The notes beneath the pieces were generated by a model. That model was not told where the DNA came from and made no database searches. It saw nothing but the letters and a program-made list of their open reading frames with translations. DNA of 63,187 bases, filler included, from Phoronis australis (taxonomy: Eukaryota; Animalia; Phoronida), in assembly GCA_002633005.1 (NCBI GenBank). It is 6 parts of 6 records of this genome, joined end to end, with 100 filler letters (N's around TTAATTAATTAA, not from the genome) between each part and the next. Parts side by side here need not be neighbours in the genome. Positions count along the whole stretch, not along the records: positions 1 to 21,356 come from NMRA01000535.1; positions 21,457 to 23,894 come from NMRA01000009.1; 4 more parts are not named here. One strand, 5' to 3'. The number at the start of each line of letters is the position of its first letter. Position 1 is the first letter of the stretch. Position numbers and translations under genes: made by a program. Positions 12,601-22,720 of the stretch are shown here, one piece after another.

Positions 12601-14260
12601 GTAGAAATACAATGTTATTGCTAAGGTGAAGGTCAGTTAAAATTTTGCCAAGTAGAAAATATAACAGTGAATACATTAGTAAACACAAATAAGGGCCAGT
12701 AGGAAGTATAGTGAATACTTTACAGTAAACACAAATATGCATGCCTAGTAGGAAGTATAGCTGAGAATACTTTACAGTAAATTCAAATGCATTCAAAATG
12801 TTGCTGGTAAAATGTCCTTTAGCCCATGCAAGCTGTAAGTTGTCTATAACAGAATCAAAACATATCAAGAATGCAATATTAGTTTTAACACCTTACCTCA
12901 TTTCTTGACTGGACTGCAGGTTAACTGTATTCTTTAATTTCTTCTCATGTTTCATACGATGTGTTTCTTCGCTGGTTCCTTTCACATCTTTTATTGCCTT
13001 GACAGCGTGTCTACAAGTAAAGCACAGTCCTATACGAGATGTTTTTTATTGCAGAACAGATGTGACAGACAGCTAATTTGCAAAGCCTTCTCAAATTCAA
13101 GCAACAGGGTGAAGTGCAGCCAATGGCCCCAATTCTGAACACTGAGAAAATGGGCATTCAGATTGCCTTTTTCAGTATGCTGGTTGCAAGTCGAGGAACA
13201 TATGGCCAAAAGAATGCAATTCAAGACGAGCTGTTAAGGCAAAACAACACACTATTAGGCGGTTCTCTAGATGTTTGAAAATTGAGTTGGTTGTGCAGTA
13301 CCTTTTAGTCACTCACTTTTTCAAAAAAGAATATTTACCTGAGACGAGTGAAAACGATGCAAGTTTTATTTTTGACTTGTCCATGGATGAGAAGCAATAT
13401 GACCACCGGACCCAAAACATGACCGCCAGTCCCCCAAATCATACCGACTCACCACAAAACAGGGCCAAATGGGTACTCCAGATCAAAAAATGAGAACGCA
13501 CCTAAAAAACGACTGCTCTGCCACAAAACAGGACTGCCAGCGACTGAACAGGACTGCCAGCGACTGAACAGGACTGCCAGCGACTGAACAGGACTGCCAG
13601 ACAAATGTTATCAATGGCTGTGTGTGATACTCAGGTTATAATGACATAGCCAGCAGCTAGCTGCATGAAGACTATCGTCAAAATACAGCTAGGTACCACT
13701 GTGCGTTGAGCTCTGTTAGACCACCGAATTTCACACAGCCCAGGTAGTTCTGTTCGTCACCTCATAATGAAACTTATATAACATGCAGAGCTAACGACCC
13801 CAAAATCAAAATGTTATTACGATTTTAAGAGGAAATCAGCACAAAAGTGTCAATTTTCTGAGTAAAAATGTTCATTGCAAAAACTGAATTGAGGTACAAC
13901 CTTTCAAGTCTAAATTTGCAGTTTAAGTGCTAGGCCACTGAAACAAGTTGTTCTACAGTCAAGTCTAAATTTGCAGTTTAAGTGCTAGGCCACTGAAACA
14001 AGTTGTTCTACAGTCAGGTCTAAATTTGCAGTTTAAGTGCTGGGCCACTGAAACAAGTTGTTCTACAGTCAAGTCTAAATTTGCAGTTTAAGTGCTGGGC
14101 CACTGAAACAAGTTGTTCTACAGTGATCGTAGCACACTGGAAGGACTGCCTTACTTTATTGCAGGTTTATTTTCATTGCCACTGTTGGACATCCTCGTCG
14201 GATTTATCTTGGACTTGCCTTCCTTCTGTTTCCAGGTGTTGAATTTTTGCAGGTAGCGAT
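395..14260 (-). CDS. CKAP2: Cytoskeleton-associated protein 2 family (CKAP2/CKAP2L-like) multi-exon gene; first coding exon not resolved
   Basis: Hand-spliced GT-AG exons with consistent phases: 14155-14260, 12897-13010 (duplicate 11152-11265), 8866-8922, 6768-7502, 6170-6311, 5156-5272, 4321-4491, 2915-3108, 395-605 (TGA). Together they give about 615 codons. Motifs resemble the CKAP2_C region from memory of human CKAP2: EKLNKWLESRGKTP, ECNTLFEAGCP, IPAASQSARYFIIKAKL..LFEQAV...P, SAVKY....TPFFK, TPVRRSTRR...LPRMLQDHDTVVDSLNDL. Orthology to CKAP2 versus CKAP2L is not resolvable here. Confidence 0.85.
1712..2549. mobile_element. PIF/Harbinger-type MITE (non-autonomous)
   Basis: About 40-bp imperfect TIRs (GGGCTGTTCCAGCAAAATCTGTATGGGAGGGGGGG / CCCCCCCTCCCACACGGATTTTACTGGAACAGCCC). 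TAA on both sides (1709-1711, 2550-2552). No ORF. Confidence 0.85.
2915..3108 (-). CDS. CKAP2: CKAP2-like internal exon
   Basis: ctag acceptor and gtatgt donor, phase 0-2. Translates PAEMLADTLKDFVEKM...SSAVKYMYCETTPFFK. Confidence 0.85.
4321..4491 (-). CDS. CKAP2: CKAP2-like internal exon
   Basis: ccag acceptor and gtgaaa donor, phase 0-0. Translates GCPVDAILPWMDSIMTSIPAASQSARYFIIKAKLLEGMAGDDTILDLFEQAVRNKAK. Confidence 0.88.
4527..4650. repeat. 40-bp tandem repeat x3
   Basis: Unit gttaaagggatactaagctctgtcattcaaaccaatcctt repeated exactly three times. Confidence 0.9.
5156..5272 (-). CDS. CKAP2: CKAP2-like internal exon
   Basis: ttacag acceptor and gtaagt donor, phase 0-0. Translates PATPSGGMPQPVPPSFSEPSNVCDQLDSMLDECNTLFEA. 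Confidence 0.85.
5363..5617. mobile_element. Small MITE (Harbinger-like ends)
   Basis: Imperfect inverted termini ggagcacgttctaagaaaactgactta / taaagtcagtttcttggagggggcccc, with internal cttaag repeats. Confidence 0.55.
6170..6311 (-). CDS. CKAP2: CKAP2-like internal exon
   Basis: ttacag acceptor and gtaagc donor, phase 2-0. Translates EKLNKWLESRGKTPTSYRHLHCF...STLCAK. Confidence 0.85.
6768..7502 (-). CDS. CKAP2: CKAP2-like large Ser/Lys-rich exon
   Basis: 735 nt open frame inside the 6659..7555 ORF. ttctag acceptor and gtgggt donor, phase 2-2. Basic, low-complexity sequence with many S/TP sites. Confidence 0.85.
8866..8922 (-). CDS. CKAP2: CKAP2-like small exon
   Basis: ttgcag acceptor and gtacgt donor, phase 2-2. 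Translates (R)LKLAEWREEQERKKKETL(Q) and joins in frame to both neighbours. Confidence 0.8.
9113..10790 (-). mobile_element. Helentron-associated non-autonomous element (HINE/DINE-1-like), family 1, copy A
   Basis: One end has acaaga.caacgc.gagcgttg (stem-loop) plus subTIR atgc[ag]cccac. The other end has a (ggac)n microsatellite, a ccacatataaatatgtgg hairpin and subTIR gtgggc[ag]cat. Internal ~145-bp repeats, A/T-run flanks, no TSD. Confidence 0.8.
11555..12535 (-). mobile_element. HINE family 1, copy B (partial; probably the other haplotype of copy A)
   Basis: Near-identical to 9820-10790 and starts right after the single-n join at 11554. Confidence 0.75.
12897..13010 (-). CDS. CKAP2: CKAP2-like 114-nt exon (near-identical second copy at 11152-11265)
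   Basis: ttgtag acceptor and gtaagg donor, phase 2-2. Translates HAVKAIKDVKGTSEETHRMKHEKKLKNTVNLQSSQEM(R). Confidence 0.75.
13528..13600. repeat. 20-bp tandem repeat x3.5
   Basis: Unit acaggactgccagcgactga. Confidence 0.9.
13904..14124. repeat. 55-bp tandem repeat x4
   Basis: Unit tcaagtctaaatttgcagtttaagtgct[a/g]ggccactgaaacaagttgttctacag, lying next to a CKAP2-like splice donor. Confidence 0.9.
14155..14260 (-). CDS. CKAP2: CKAP2-like 5' exon
   Basis: ttctag acceptor and gtaagg donor, phase 1-2. Translates RYLQKFNTWKQKEGKSKINPTRMSNSGNENKPAI(K). Confidence 0.75.
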
Positions 14261-15030
14261 CTAGAAGATTAAAGAATACTTGTGTCCAGTTAAAACTTAT
14301 GTAATTTGTAATCAGCCAGCTAAAGTGTTCTACATAACACTGTACTAACTGCATAGTGTTTCACCAAGGCCAGTCACCAACCAAAACCATAGTTATGGTC
14401 ACAAGACTTTTTTGTTACGTATTACTCTATGGTCACCAACTTTGGTCTAACATTGGTACAAAGCGGTATAACTAAACATTAATATACAAGTTTGGAATGA
14501 TCTGGATAAAATTAAGAGTAAACAAAACAAAAATTAAATGTTTTTGTGAAGTCTCACTACATGTTAACCAGTTAATATATGATGCGTATATATATACAAA
14601 GATGCAGTAGATGAGATACATACAATGAAACGTGTACAATAACAGTGATATCTTACTTCACCTATCAAAAGACATACCGGTAACTATACACATAGTACAA
14701 CTGTGACAGATACATTTTTGTTTCAAAAAACTTGACAGTCTACTGCTGAAAGTGACTACATCAGTAGAACACCTATTATACCTACCTATAACATTGTTCG
14801 CCAACAGGTTCTATAGTAAAACTTCCTGTTGTTTAATCAAGTTTATCCCATAAGTTGTTGTATTGGGCCTTGTAACCGTCAATAGGTTCCCCCCTGACAT
14901 TATAGGGCAGCTTCCAAATAGTGCAACATTGCAATGGACAAGGACTAATCCCTAATAATTTCATTCTGGAAGTGAACAGCATGACTGAGTTTGCAGTTAT
15001 TGGCTGAATACAAGGAGCTACAATCATTAA

Positions 15031-16706
15031 AGGTGCATGCCACCCAAAAAACAACCTGTATTCTGTATCCATTTAGATCAAGTAGTTCAACTCGATAACG
15101 GCACATTCGGTTGCGTTACCTGACACCTGACGGCAGACGAAGGTGTTGAAATTATCCAATGACGTCATTGGTTTCACACGTAGTCTGTTCAGCAGTTCAC
15201 AACACGGGTGACTGGTATCAGCTTATCACTCGAATTCGTGGTTTAATAGCAATAAATCATCAAACTTTGATGTAGAACCCTTAAAAAATACACCGAGTTC
15301 TTATAACAACATGTTGTTTTATTTCGCTGTTAGGGATTTATTGGTATTTGGACACACCATAGTCTACAAAGTTTGTCATGCCAATTTATCAAGGTACGTA
15401 GCAGGAGTTGGGGGTCTGTTCGGAAATAAATTCGAATTCTTCCGTGAAATACAGACAGGAGAACCTAGATCTGTGTTGTTTAGACTTGTGATTTTTTGAG
15501 TTCTAAACACACAAAACACTCGTTATTCCGGCCAGTGGCTCAGAACCCGATCAGGCCCGTCGCGGCCGGACTGACTCGTTATCCCGGCCAGTGGCTCCGA
15601 CCCCAATCAGCCCGGTCGCAGCCGCCGGGACTGATACGAGCATAAACCAGCTTGAGTTGGAAACCTCCAGTGACAAAAAGATTATAATAGTGAGCCAAAG
15701 AAAAAGTGTGCCCGTAATTATTGATGTGAATTAGCCCCGAAACTGAAAATCTACTACTTGTCGGGAGCCGCGAAGTCGGGTTCTCCTACCACAGACAGTC
15801 AGGGCAAAGGCTATACAGTAACAATGATTTGAATAATGTTTTTCTAAATAAAGATTCCCCTAGCATGTGACCATAGCATATCAAATTGAGTAATTGTTTC
15901 ACAACAGCTTTCTGCCAGCAAACACTGAATTAGGATGCGCTCACACGGACTCGGTGCCTGGTCAATTACCTTTATTGCCGGCATCAAAAGCTGGTAATGC
16001 AATAGTTTATTCATTGCTGGCTTCTCAACACTTCCACTCACGAACACTCCAAGGCATTACAAATTGTATCTATTAAGCATTGGTTAGGATGAGAATAATT
16101 CATTTTGAAACAACGCAGAATGATATACATCTACATGGCAACTCGCCCGGCGCCAGTCCCGACTTAGTCAAGAGCTCATTCGACAAAGACTTCATCGGTC
16201 GGATCGTTAGGTTTCACAGGCTATTAATTCGAACCGGAATACACTGATCAAGAAATACTGGAGAGGCACTGTGAACATGCACAGGCAACGGTATGTATGG
16301 ATAGTTCTTTGGTAAGCCGGAATTCATCAGAGAAATCACTGTCGATGAAATGCCGGCCACAGACACGGAGATGTTTCATGGCCTCATGCTTGCTATTAAC
16401 AGCGTACCTTTCATTCTTCACTACCGCGAGCCACTTCCTAAGCATTTCGGGCTCTTGAGGAAGTCGAAAAAACGATATACCCGCTTTCTTCGTAGCTTCA
16501 TAATTCGGACAAGCAGGAACGATGCACCGCAATATAGCGGCATTCACTCTGCAGACGAACCACTGATGTCGCTGCGTCGTTTCTCACCTTCCTCACAGGT
16601 TAACGCGACACCTCTCGGCAAGGTGAGGTCGACAGTATAAGAGGCGATGTGGACATAGAAAAATTAAGACGATAAAAAGGCTAATTAAATCGGGTGGCAT
16701 TCTCCT
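15031..16706 (-). mobile_element. Kolobok-type DNA transposon, non-autonomous, retaining a THAP zinc-finger ORF
   Basis: TTAA on both sides (15027-15030, 16707-16710). TIRs AGGTGCATGCCACCC / AGGAGAATGCCACCC match at 13 of 15 positions and start with purine-purine. The element contains a THAP ORF. TTAA TSD, RR termini and THAP are the established Kolobok signature. Confidence 0.8.
16248..16547 (-). pseudogene. THAP (C2CH) zinc-finger domain remnant
   Basis: CIVPAC...SFFRLP......RKWL...VCGRHF..SDF matches the THAP consensus. There is no in-frame ATG and no transposase core follows. Confidence 0.8.
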
Positions 16707-16713
16707 TTAAAGA

Positions 16714-16955
16714 CAAACCTTAAGGATTGGTTTTATCTATTTTTCTACTCCTCTGTATACCACACATGTGTCAAACTAAGGGACAATAGTTAAAAAGGAC
16801 CTAAAAAAGGCAAAATATAGCTTCAAATTAGTGTCCTGGTCTAATAAATGGCAAAGTCTAAAAGTGACTGACATATACTTGGTTGACTTGTTATATATGT
16901 TGTCAACATGACAATGGAAACTGAGTTGATCATCTACAGTAACACCTAGACAGAA
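16714..16955 (-). mobile_element. CR1/L2-group LINE fragment (post-RT region)
   Basis: LGVTVDDQLSFHCHVDNIYNK...KLYFAFFRSFL resembles the LGV.lD..L.f..Hi..i..K ... lY.a.irs.l motif. Confidence 0.7.
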
Positions 16956-17247
16956 GCAGACCAGGCACACACTGAACTACAAGATTAGTGGTCAAGTAAT
17001 TTTCTTAACTTATGGGTTCTCAGTGATGGATTTAGGGGGTGGGGCATACCCCCCCTAAAATTCTCCCGGATTCTATTTGGCAGTTCGGGGTGCGAATTGC
17101 GGACTAGCATATGCAGCACCCAGGGGGGCACGGGGGTGAATGCACAATGCATAGGCCTTAAACAAACCCCGTTTGTTTTTATAGTAATAATGACTTCACT
17201 ACTGGTTGGCAGCCGTAAGAGAAAGGAATAATGACAGGATGCACCAT

Positions 17248-17954
17248 ATCAATCATTCTTTTCATCATGGCTATGAATATTATCATCAATCATCCTTTTC
17301 ATCATGGCTATGAATATTATCATCAATCATCCTTTTCATCATGGCTATGAATATTATCATCAATCATCCTTTTCATCATGGCTATGAATATTATCATCAA
17401 TCATCCTTTTCATCATGGCTATGAATATTATCATCAATCATCCTTTTCATCATGGCTATGAATATTATCATCAATCATCCTTTTCATCATGGCTATGAAT
17501 ATTATCATCAATCATCCTTTTCATCATGGCTATGAATATTATCATCAATCATCCTTTTCATCATGGCTATGAATATTATCATCAATCATCCTTTTCATCA
17601 TGGCTATGAATATTATCATCAATCATCCTTTTCATCATGGCTATGAATATTATCATCAATCATCCTTTTCATCATGGCTATGAATATTATCATCAATCAT
17701 CCTTTTCATCATGGCTATGAATATTATCATCAATCATCCTTTTCATCATGGCTATGAATATTATCATCAATCATCCTTTTCATCATGGCTATGAATATTA
17801 TCATCAATCATCCTTTTCATCATGGCTATGAATATTATCATCAATCATCCTTTTCATCATGGCTATGAATATTATCATCAATCATCCTTTTCATCATGGC
17901 TATGAATATTATCATCAATCATCCTTTTCATCATGGCTATGAATATTATCATCA
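17248..17954 (+). repeat. 37-bp homogeneous minisatellite (~19 copies) inside the HERO RT
   Basis: Unit atcaatcatccttttcatcatggctatgaatattatc, head-to-tail with no spacers. Confidence 0.95.
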
Positions 17955-19017
17955 AGCAGGCTAGTAAGTAGCGTAGAGGACCTTTGCTGCAGGGTAGGAC
18001 GCCATCTTGCAGAGCATTTGTGGATGATTTGACGATTATAACAGGGTTTGCTGTAGGTGCCACTTGGTTGGTAAAAAGAGTGGGCGAGCTAGCAAATTGG
18101 GCACCCATGAGTTTCAAGGTGGAGAAGTCTCGAAGCCTTGTGATAATGAAGGGGAAAGTCAACCCACACCATATGTTCAAGATAGGATCAGAGGCCATTC
18201 CATCCGTGAGCAATAAACCAGTTAAATACTTAAAGAGAAGTCATACAGCGGGTCTTTGAAGATGTGGAGCATGTCAAGGCAACTATCAAAGACGTGAATG
18301 ACAACTTGATCAAGACTGAGAACAGCGGTCTCCCGCGCAGATTTAAGGTCTAGTGTTACCAATTTTTACAATTCCCCAAGGTTATGTGGCCACTGGCTGT
18401 GTATGATTTCTCAATATCAACTGCAGAGAAAATGGAAAGGATGGTGAGCAGATGGTTAAGAAAGTGGTTGGGTGTCCCACCAAGCTTTGCAAGACTCGGA
18501 TTATACATCAAAGGAGGCGCGGCTTCTCAACCAGTGACATCGATTGTGGAGTTCAAGGTAGTAAAGTGCAGAACATTATTGACTCTGCAGAAATCAAGAA
18601 ATGAGATGATCAGAGAGAGTGAATTATCAGTAGACTCTGGAAGAAAATGGAAGGCTGCTATAGCAGTGAATGAGGCGTAGAGCAGGTTAGAGCATAAAGA
18701 CATCGTGGGCACTGTCTGCCATGAAAGACAGGGATTGGGAATGGTTCCAGGGAAGAGGTGGAAGGCGTCAAAAGGCAGAGAGGCGCAAAATGGTTCTGGA
18801 CGAAGTTAGATCGCAGAAGAATTAGAGAAGATATGCTGTCAAGCAGTTGGATTGCGTAAACAGGATGCATGGACACCATGTGGGAAGGAGTATACAGCAG
18901 AAGGATAACTGGTAAAGATCTTCAGTCTTCAGAACAGTTCAGATTGGGTTTTCTTATTGGTTCGGTATATGGCACTCTCTCAACTCCTGTCAATCTCCGA
19001 ACGTGGGGAAAAACTGA

Positions 19018-20656
19018 GGTTATTGATAAAGTAATTAGTAAGAATCCATTTTAAGTAGCCCAAAATGTCTGCATATGTACTTTTAAATCATGGGGTCAGA
19101 CTTGTCGACATGTACTTAAACTTCAAAATGTATTTTTAAATGGTGTTTACAACTTTGGGTTCTGGGGTCAAAGTACTCTAGAGGTTCTAGAAAATTCTGA
19201 GAACAAACTGTAACAGCCAATGATATGATTTGATATGATCATGGGTTTTTTATTAACCAATCATTAAATAAGTAGAATATTATAATTTATGATCGACATA
19301 TGTCCCGGATAATAGATAAATGATAAGTGCGTCGCAAGCTCGTTACCAGAGATGAAAGGAGACTGATGTAGGCGATATAAGGTCATTTATTATGACTAGT
19401 ACAATTACAATAAAATGAATACAGGTAAATAAGTATAATTGGTAATCTCTGGTAAGATGGGCAATAAAAAGCGTCAGCCACGTGGAAGTACGAGAGAATG
19501 ACGAAAACTGGAAGAGGGTGGGAAAATTGAATGAGTTTTTGACGTACAACAATGTGGCCGGAACAAAGTGAATTGAAAGCGAGGTTACAATAACAAAGAA
19601 AAATGCCCCTAAAGACACGTGACAATCATCAGCCTATAAGAGCCAAGAGCTGACCAAACTCGAGGCACGTGATAACTGATAACAACAGACCAATGCGAAG
19701 GCTGGAAAAACGTCGTGTAGTCCTGCACAAGGGAATAATGGAATAGACCAAGATGAGGGGGAAAAGGAGTAAGGCGAGTCCATATGCTCACATAAATATA
19801 TTTAACGAGTGAAATACCATTTGTGATCGACATATGTCCCGGATAATAGATAAATGATACGTGCGCCGCAAGCTCGTTACCAGAGATGAAAGGAGACTGA
19901 TGTAGGCGATGTAAGGTCATTTATTATGACTAGTACAATTACAATAAAATGAATACAGGTAAATAAGTATAATAGGTAATCTCTGGTAAGATGGGCAATA
20001 AAAAGCGCCACAGAGATGTTGTAAGACAGCTCATGCCCTTATAATATGAGGTTAAGTCAACAAGACATTCAGGTGAGCTATAGTATTGAAGCATAAAGAC
20101 TTGCTACAGTGTACAGAGGAAATTGTACGACAGAGCCATCTTGTGGAAGATTCTAGAAAGGATCTTGGCAAGGGCAAGGGTTAACGAACAGGAAGTTAAC
20201 TAAGAGCTTGTCACTTGCATTGTGGGTAGTAAGATACTACCTGAAGTGTTGCGTCACCAGCCACAGAATGTGACCAGCAAGAAGAATCGCGGTTAGAAGA
20301 AATTGCCTGCAAGTGTTGCATAACCAGAGATGGAGACCAGCAAGTACACTGTCGCTACACAGTGAGTGTAGTTCGAAGATTCACCAACAGGACAGACATC
20401 CAACAAGTGGAGAGTCCTAGCTTGGATAGCAGATAAGACATTTGATTATTTTAGTTGATTGATTAAAGTAATCTTTAAAGAAGGCACTAGCGTAGTTACT
20501 CTTCTTTGCAGTTGATTACTTAATTAACAACAGGTTTCACTTGTCTAATTAGGGGTTATCATATAATAAATTAATTACTGGATTTAATTGTTCACTCTAT
20601 ATCTATGCACAATCTCAAAGCATAGCTACCTTTTAAACAAACCCACCGTCAATCGT
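19018..20656. mobile_element. 1.64-kb non-coding insertion (solo-LTR-like, unclassified) nested in HERO
   Basis: Flanked by a CTGA duplication (19014-19017, 20657-20660). Removing it restores the frame WGKT-DSDSCWGC. Contains a ~184-bp internal direct repeat (19290-19473, 19824-20007). Confidence 0.7.
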
Positions 20657-21356
20657 CTGACAGTGACAGCTGCTGGGGCTGTGGCAAGCGATGTACCTTA
20701 GAACATGTTCTATCCAGCTGCAGAGCTCTCATTTCAGGAAAGTATACCTGGCGCCATGACAAAATACTTAAGTGTATTGCACATGTCTTAGATCTAAAGA
20801 GGAGGATGGTGATTACTCTGGCAAGAAATTCACTCAATTCTACAATGGCGGGCGATCCACCAAGAAGTGTGATTCGTGTGCTCTAGTCATGGCTACCGAT
20901 TGTGGCGGATGTGGTCACCAGGGGTTCATTCCCGAGCCATATTGTAGTCACTCAGCTGAGACCAGATATAGTGTTGTGGACAGACAGCAAGAAGATAGTG
21001 ATTCTGATTGAGTTAACTGTGCCCTTAACTTAAGTTAAGGGAAATTAGGGAGCAGGAGGTTCACGGCATGAGAGAAAACTACTCAAGTACAAAGATCTAT
21101 CGCAGGAATGTGCAGCGAATGGCTGGAAAAGCTTCTGTCTTCCCACAGAAGTTGGATGCCAAGGGTTTACTGTACAATCCATCAATACTCTATGCCTACG
21201 CTATTCCTAATAATTGTCATTCTCAGTCTGACTTGTCATCTGCACAGTTGAACACTAAACAGATTGCACTAGCCTACTAGTACTCACTACTAATCTAGAC
21301 TTGAGGTCCCAAATCAGCACCAGCGGCCAATAACCTGTGCTCAAAATAGGTACTCA

Positions 21357-21456
21357 NNNNNNNNNNNNNNNNNNNNNNNNNNNNNNNNNNNNNNNNNNNN
21401 TTAATTAATTAANNNNNNNNNNNNNNNNNNNNNNNNNNNNNNNNNNNNNNNNNNNN
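21357..21456. other. Scaffold gap with artificial TTAATTAATTAA linker (also 23895-23994, 27703-27802, 38301-38400, 59797-59896)
   Basis: Identical N44-TTAATTAATTAA-N44 blocks occur five times. The 12-mer gives stops in all six frames. Confidence 0.97.
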
Positions 21457-21619
21457 TTTACTATACACCAGTTACAAACGTGTTGAGTGTAATAGAATGA
21501 CACGGCATGACAGATGAGGTAAAAACGTTGCAAGTCAATTCGCCTGAATATCAGGCTGCGGCATCGCAGTATTTCCCCTAATCAAATCAAAATATATCTT
21601 AGAGTAAAGAAGCTAGTTA

Positions 21620-22720
21620 CCTAAAGAAATCAGCTATAGACTGCTCTTTCAGCGGTGAATCCATCTAAAATGCTTGGCTACTTCAGAAGTGTCAACGGAA
21701 GCGCGCGCACAATAAATCCCCGCGCGTTTTGCCAATGAGCCACAAAGACTCAGCAATTCACAATGCAAAAACTATATTTTCAGAGTGAACCCCCCTCAAT
21801 TTTTTCCAAGTTGGTTTACTTGGGGTTTACTCACGCTGGCGGTGCCGTTTTTGTTTTGCTGGAGACGCCTTTGTTTTTTTGTTTTTCTTAATTTTTGGGT
21901 CCTGGCCCGAGGGGGGGTTTAAACCCCCTGAACCCCCCCCGTAGATCCGCCAATGCCACTGTGTCCCGTTCTCTTGCTGGACCACATTACACTTCAATAC
22001 TTTCTTTGTTGGGTTAATCCAGATCGACACAGCAGGGTGGCTTAGATACCTGGTTTTACTAAACCGGCTCCCTGATCTAACAAAACCAGGCTTTCAGACT
22101 TTTAAACCACGTTGGTGAAATGCAAATTGGGTCTAAAATTAGACCAGGTGTAGGAAGACCAGCCTCCCGCTAGGACCTCGCTAAAAAGCAAGACTTCACG
22201 CGGTTACGTGAGATATTGCCGTGTATTTTAAATACGAACACGTGACTTTGATTAGATTTTAGCTAGGTCCTAGCATAGGTCCTAGCGTCTACTGAACGCA
22301 CACCAGGTTTAAGTCTTAAACCTGGTTTTGTTAAACCACCTTTATGAAATTGGCTGTTAATGTTTTACTCCTCGGTAGAGCTAACGGCCGTCGGCCTGTG
22401 CACACAAAATCTGTGAGTTAACCGGCCTCGCCTTGTACGTTGCAGCCGTTTAAGCGAAAAACTATCTAGTAAACGCCATTTTCTTGCATAATCCTCCGCC
22501 TTTTGTAAAAAAAGTCTGTCGTCGACGACCCGCACACGCACTCACTATCATATGCAGACGAGCATCAAAACAAACGTCACGTGACAACAACGTGTGTTCA
22601 TCCAGAGATTTTTCTCGTGTTGTGGGGTACGATGTAGCGCAGATTTGGACTTAATCGCAATTAAACTGGACTCCACATGAACTTTAAAAATTGTAAAACA
22701 TAAGGAAGATTTCAGGTAAT
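21620..22720. promoter_or_regulatory. Candidate divergent promoter region for the CKAP2-like and FBXL6-like genes
   Basis: Locally CpG-rich. Minus-strand donor AG|gtaact at 21620. E2F-like GCGCGCGC and CCCCGCGCG (21701-21726), CCAAT (~21732), perfect E-box palindrome GTCACGTGAC (22576-22585), and plus-strand donor CAG|gtaatt at 22715. Confidence 0.45.
22040..22352. mobile_element. Nested palindromic MITE(s)
   Basis: Inner inverted repeats (cgctaggacctcgctaaaa / ttttagctaggtcctagc) sit inside an element with aaaaccagg / cctggtttt repeats. Confidence 0.5.

Larger units (their letters stand above)
17190..21200 (+). mobile_element. HERO-clade non-LTR retrotransposon (RT plus restriction-like endonuclease), 5'-truncated and decayed
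   Basis: Motifs in order: GIMTGCTISIILF, RAFVDDLTI, FKVEKSRSLVIMKGKV, IPSVSNKPVKYL, WPLAVYD, RKWLGVP, YGTLSTPVNLRTWG, CWGC...TLEHVLSSC..GKYTWRHD (zinc knuckle), RPDIVLW...ILIELTVP, EVGCQGF. Many stops and frameshifts. Confidence 0.88.

Noticed and set aside
17248-17954. 37-bp repeats as a CRISPR array
   Set aside because: The units are head-to-tail with no spacers, the context is eukaryotic with no cas genes, and the unit is RT coding sequence.
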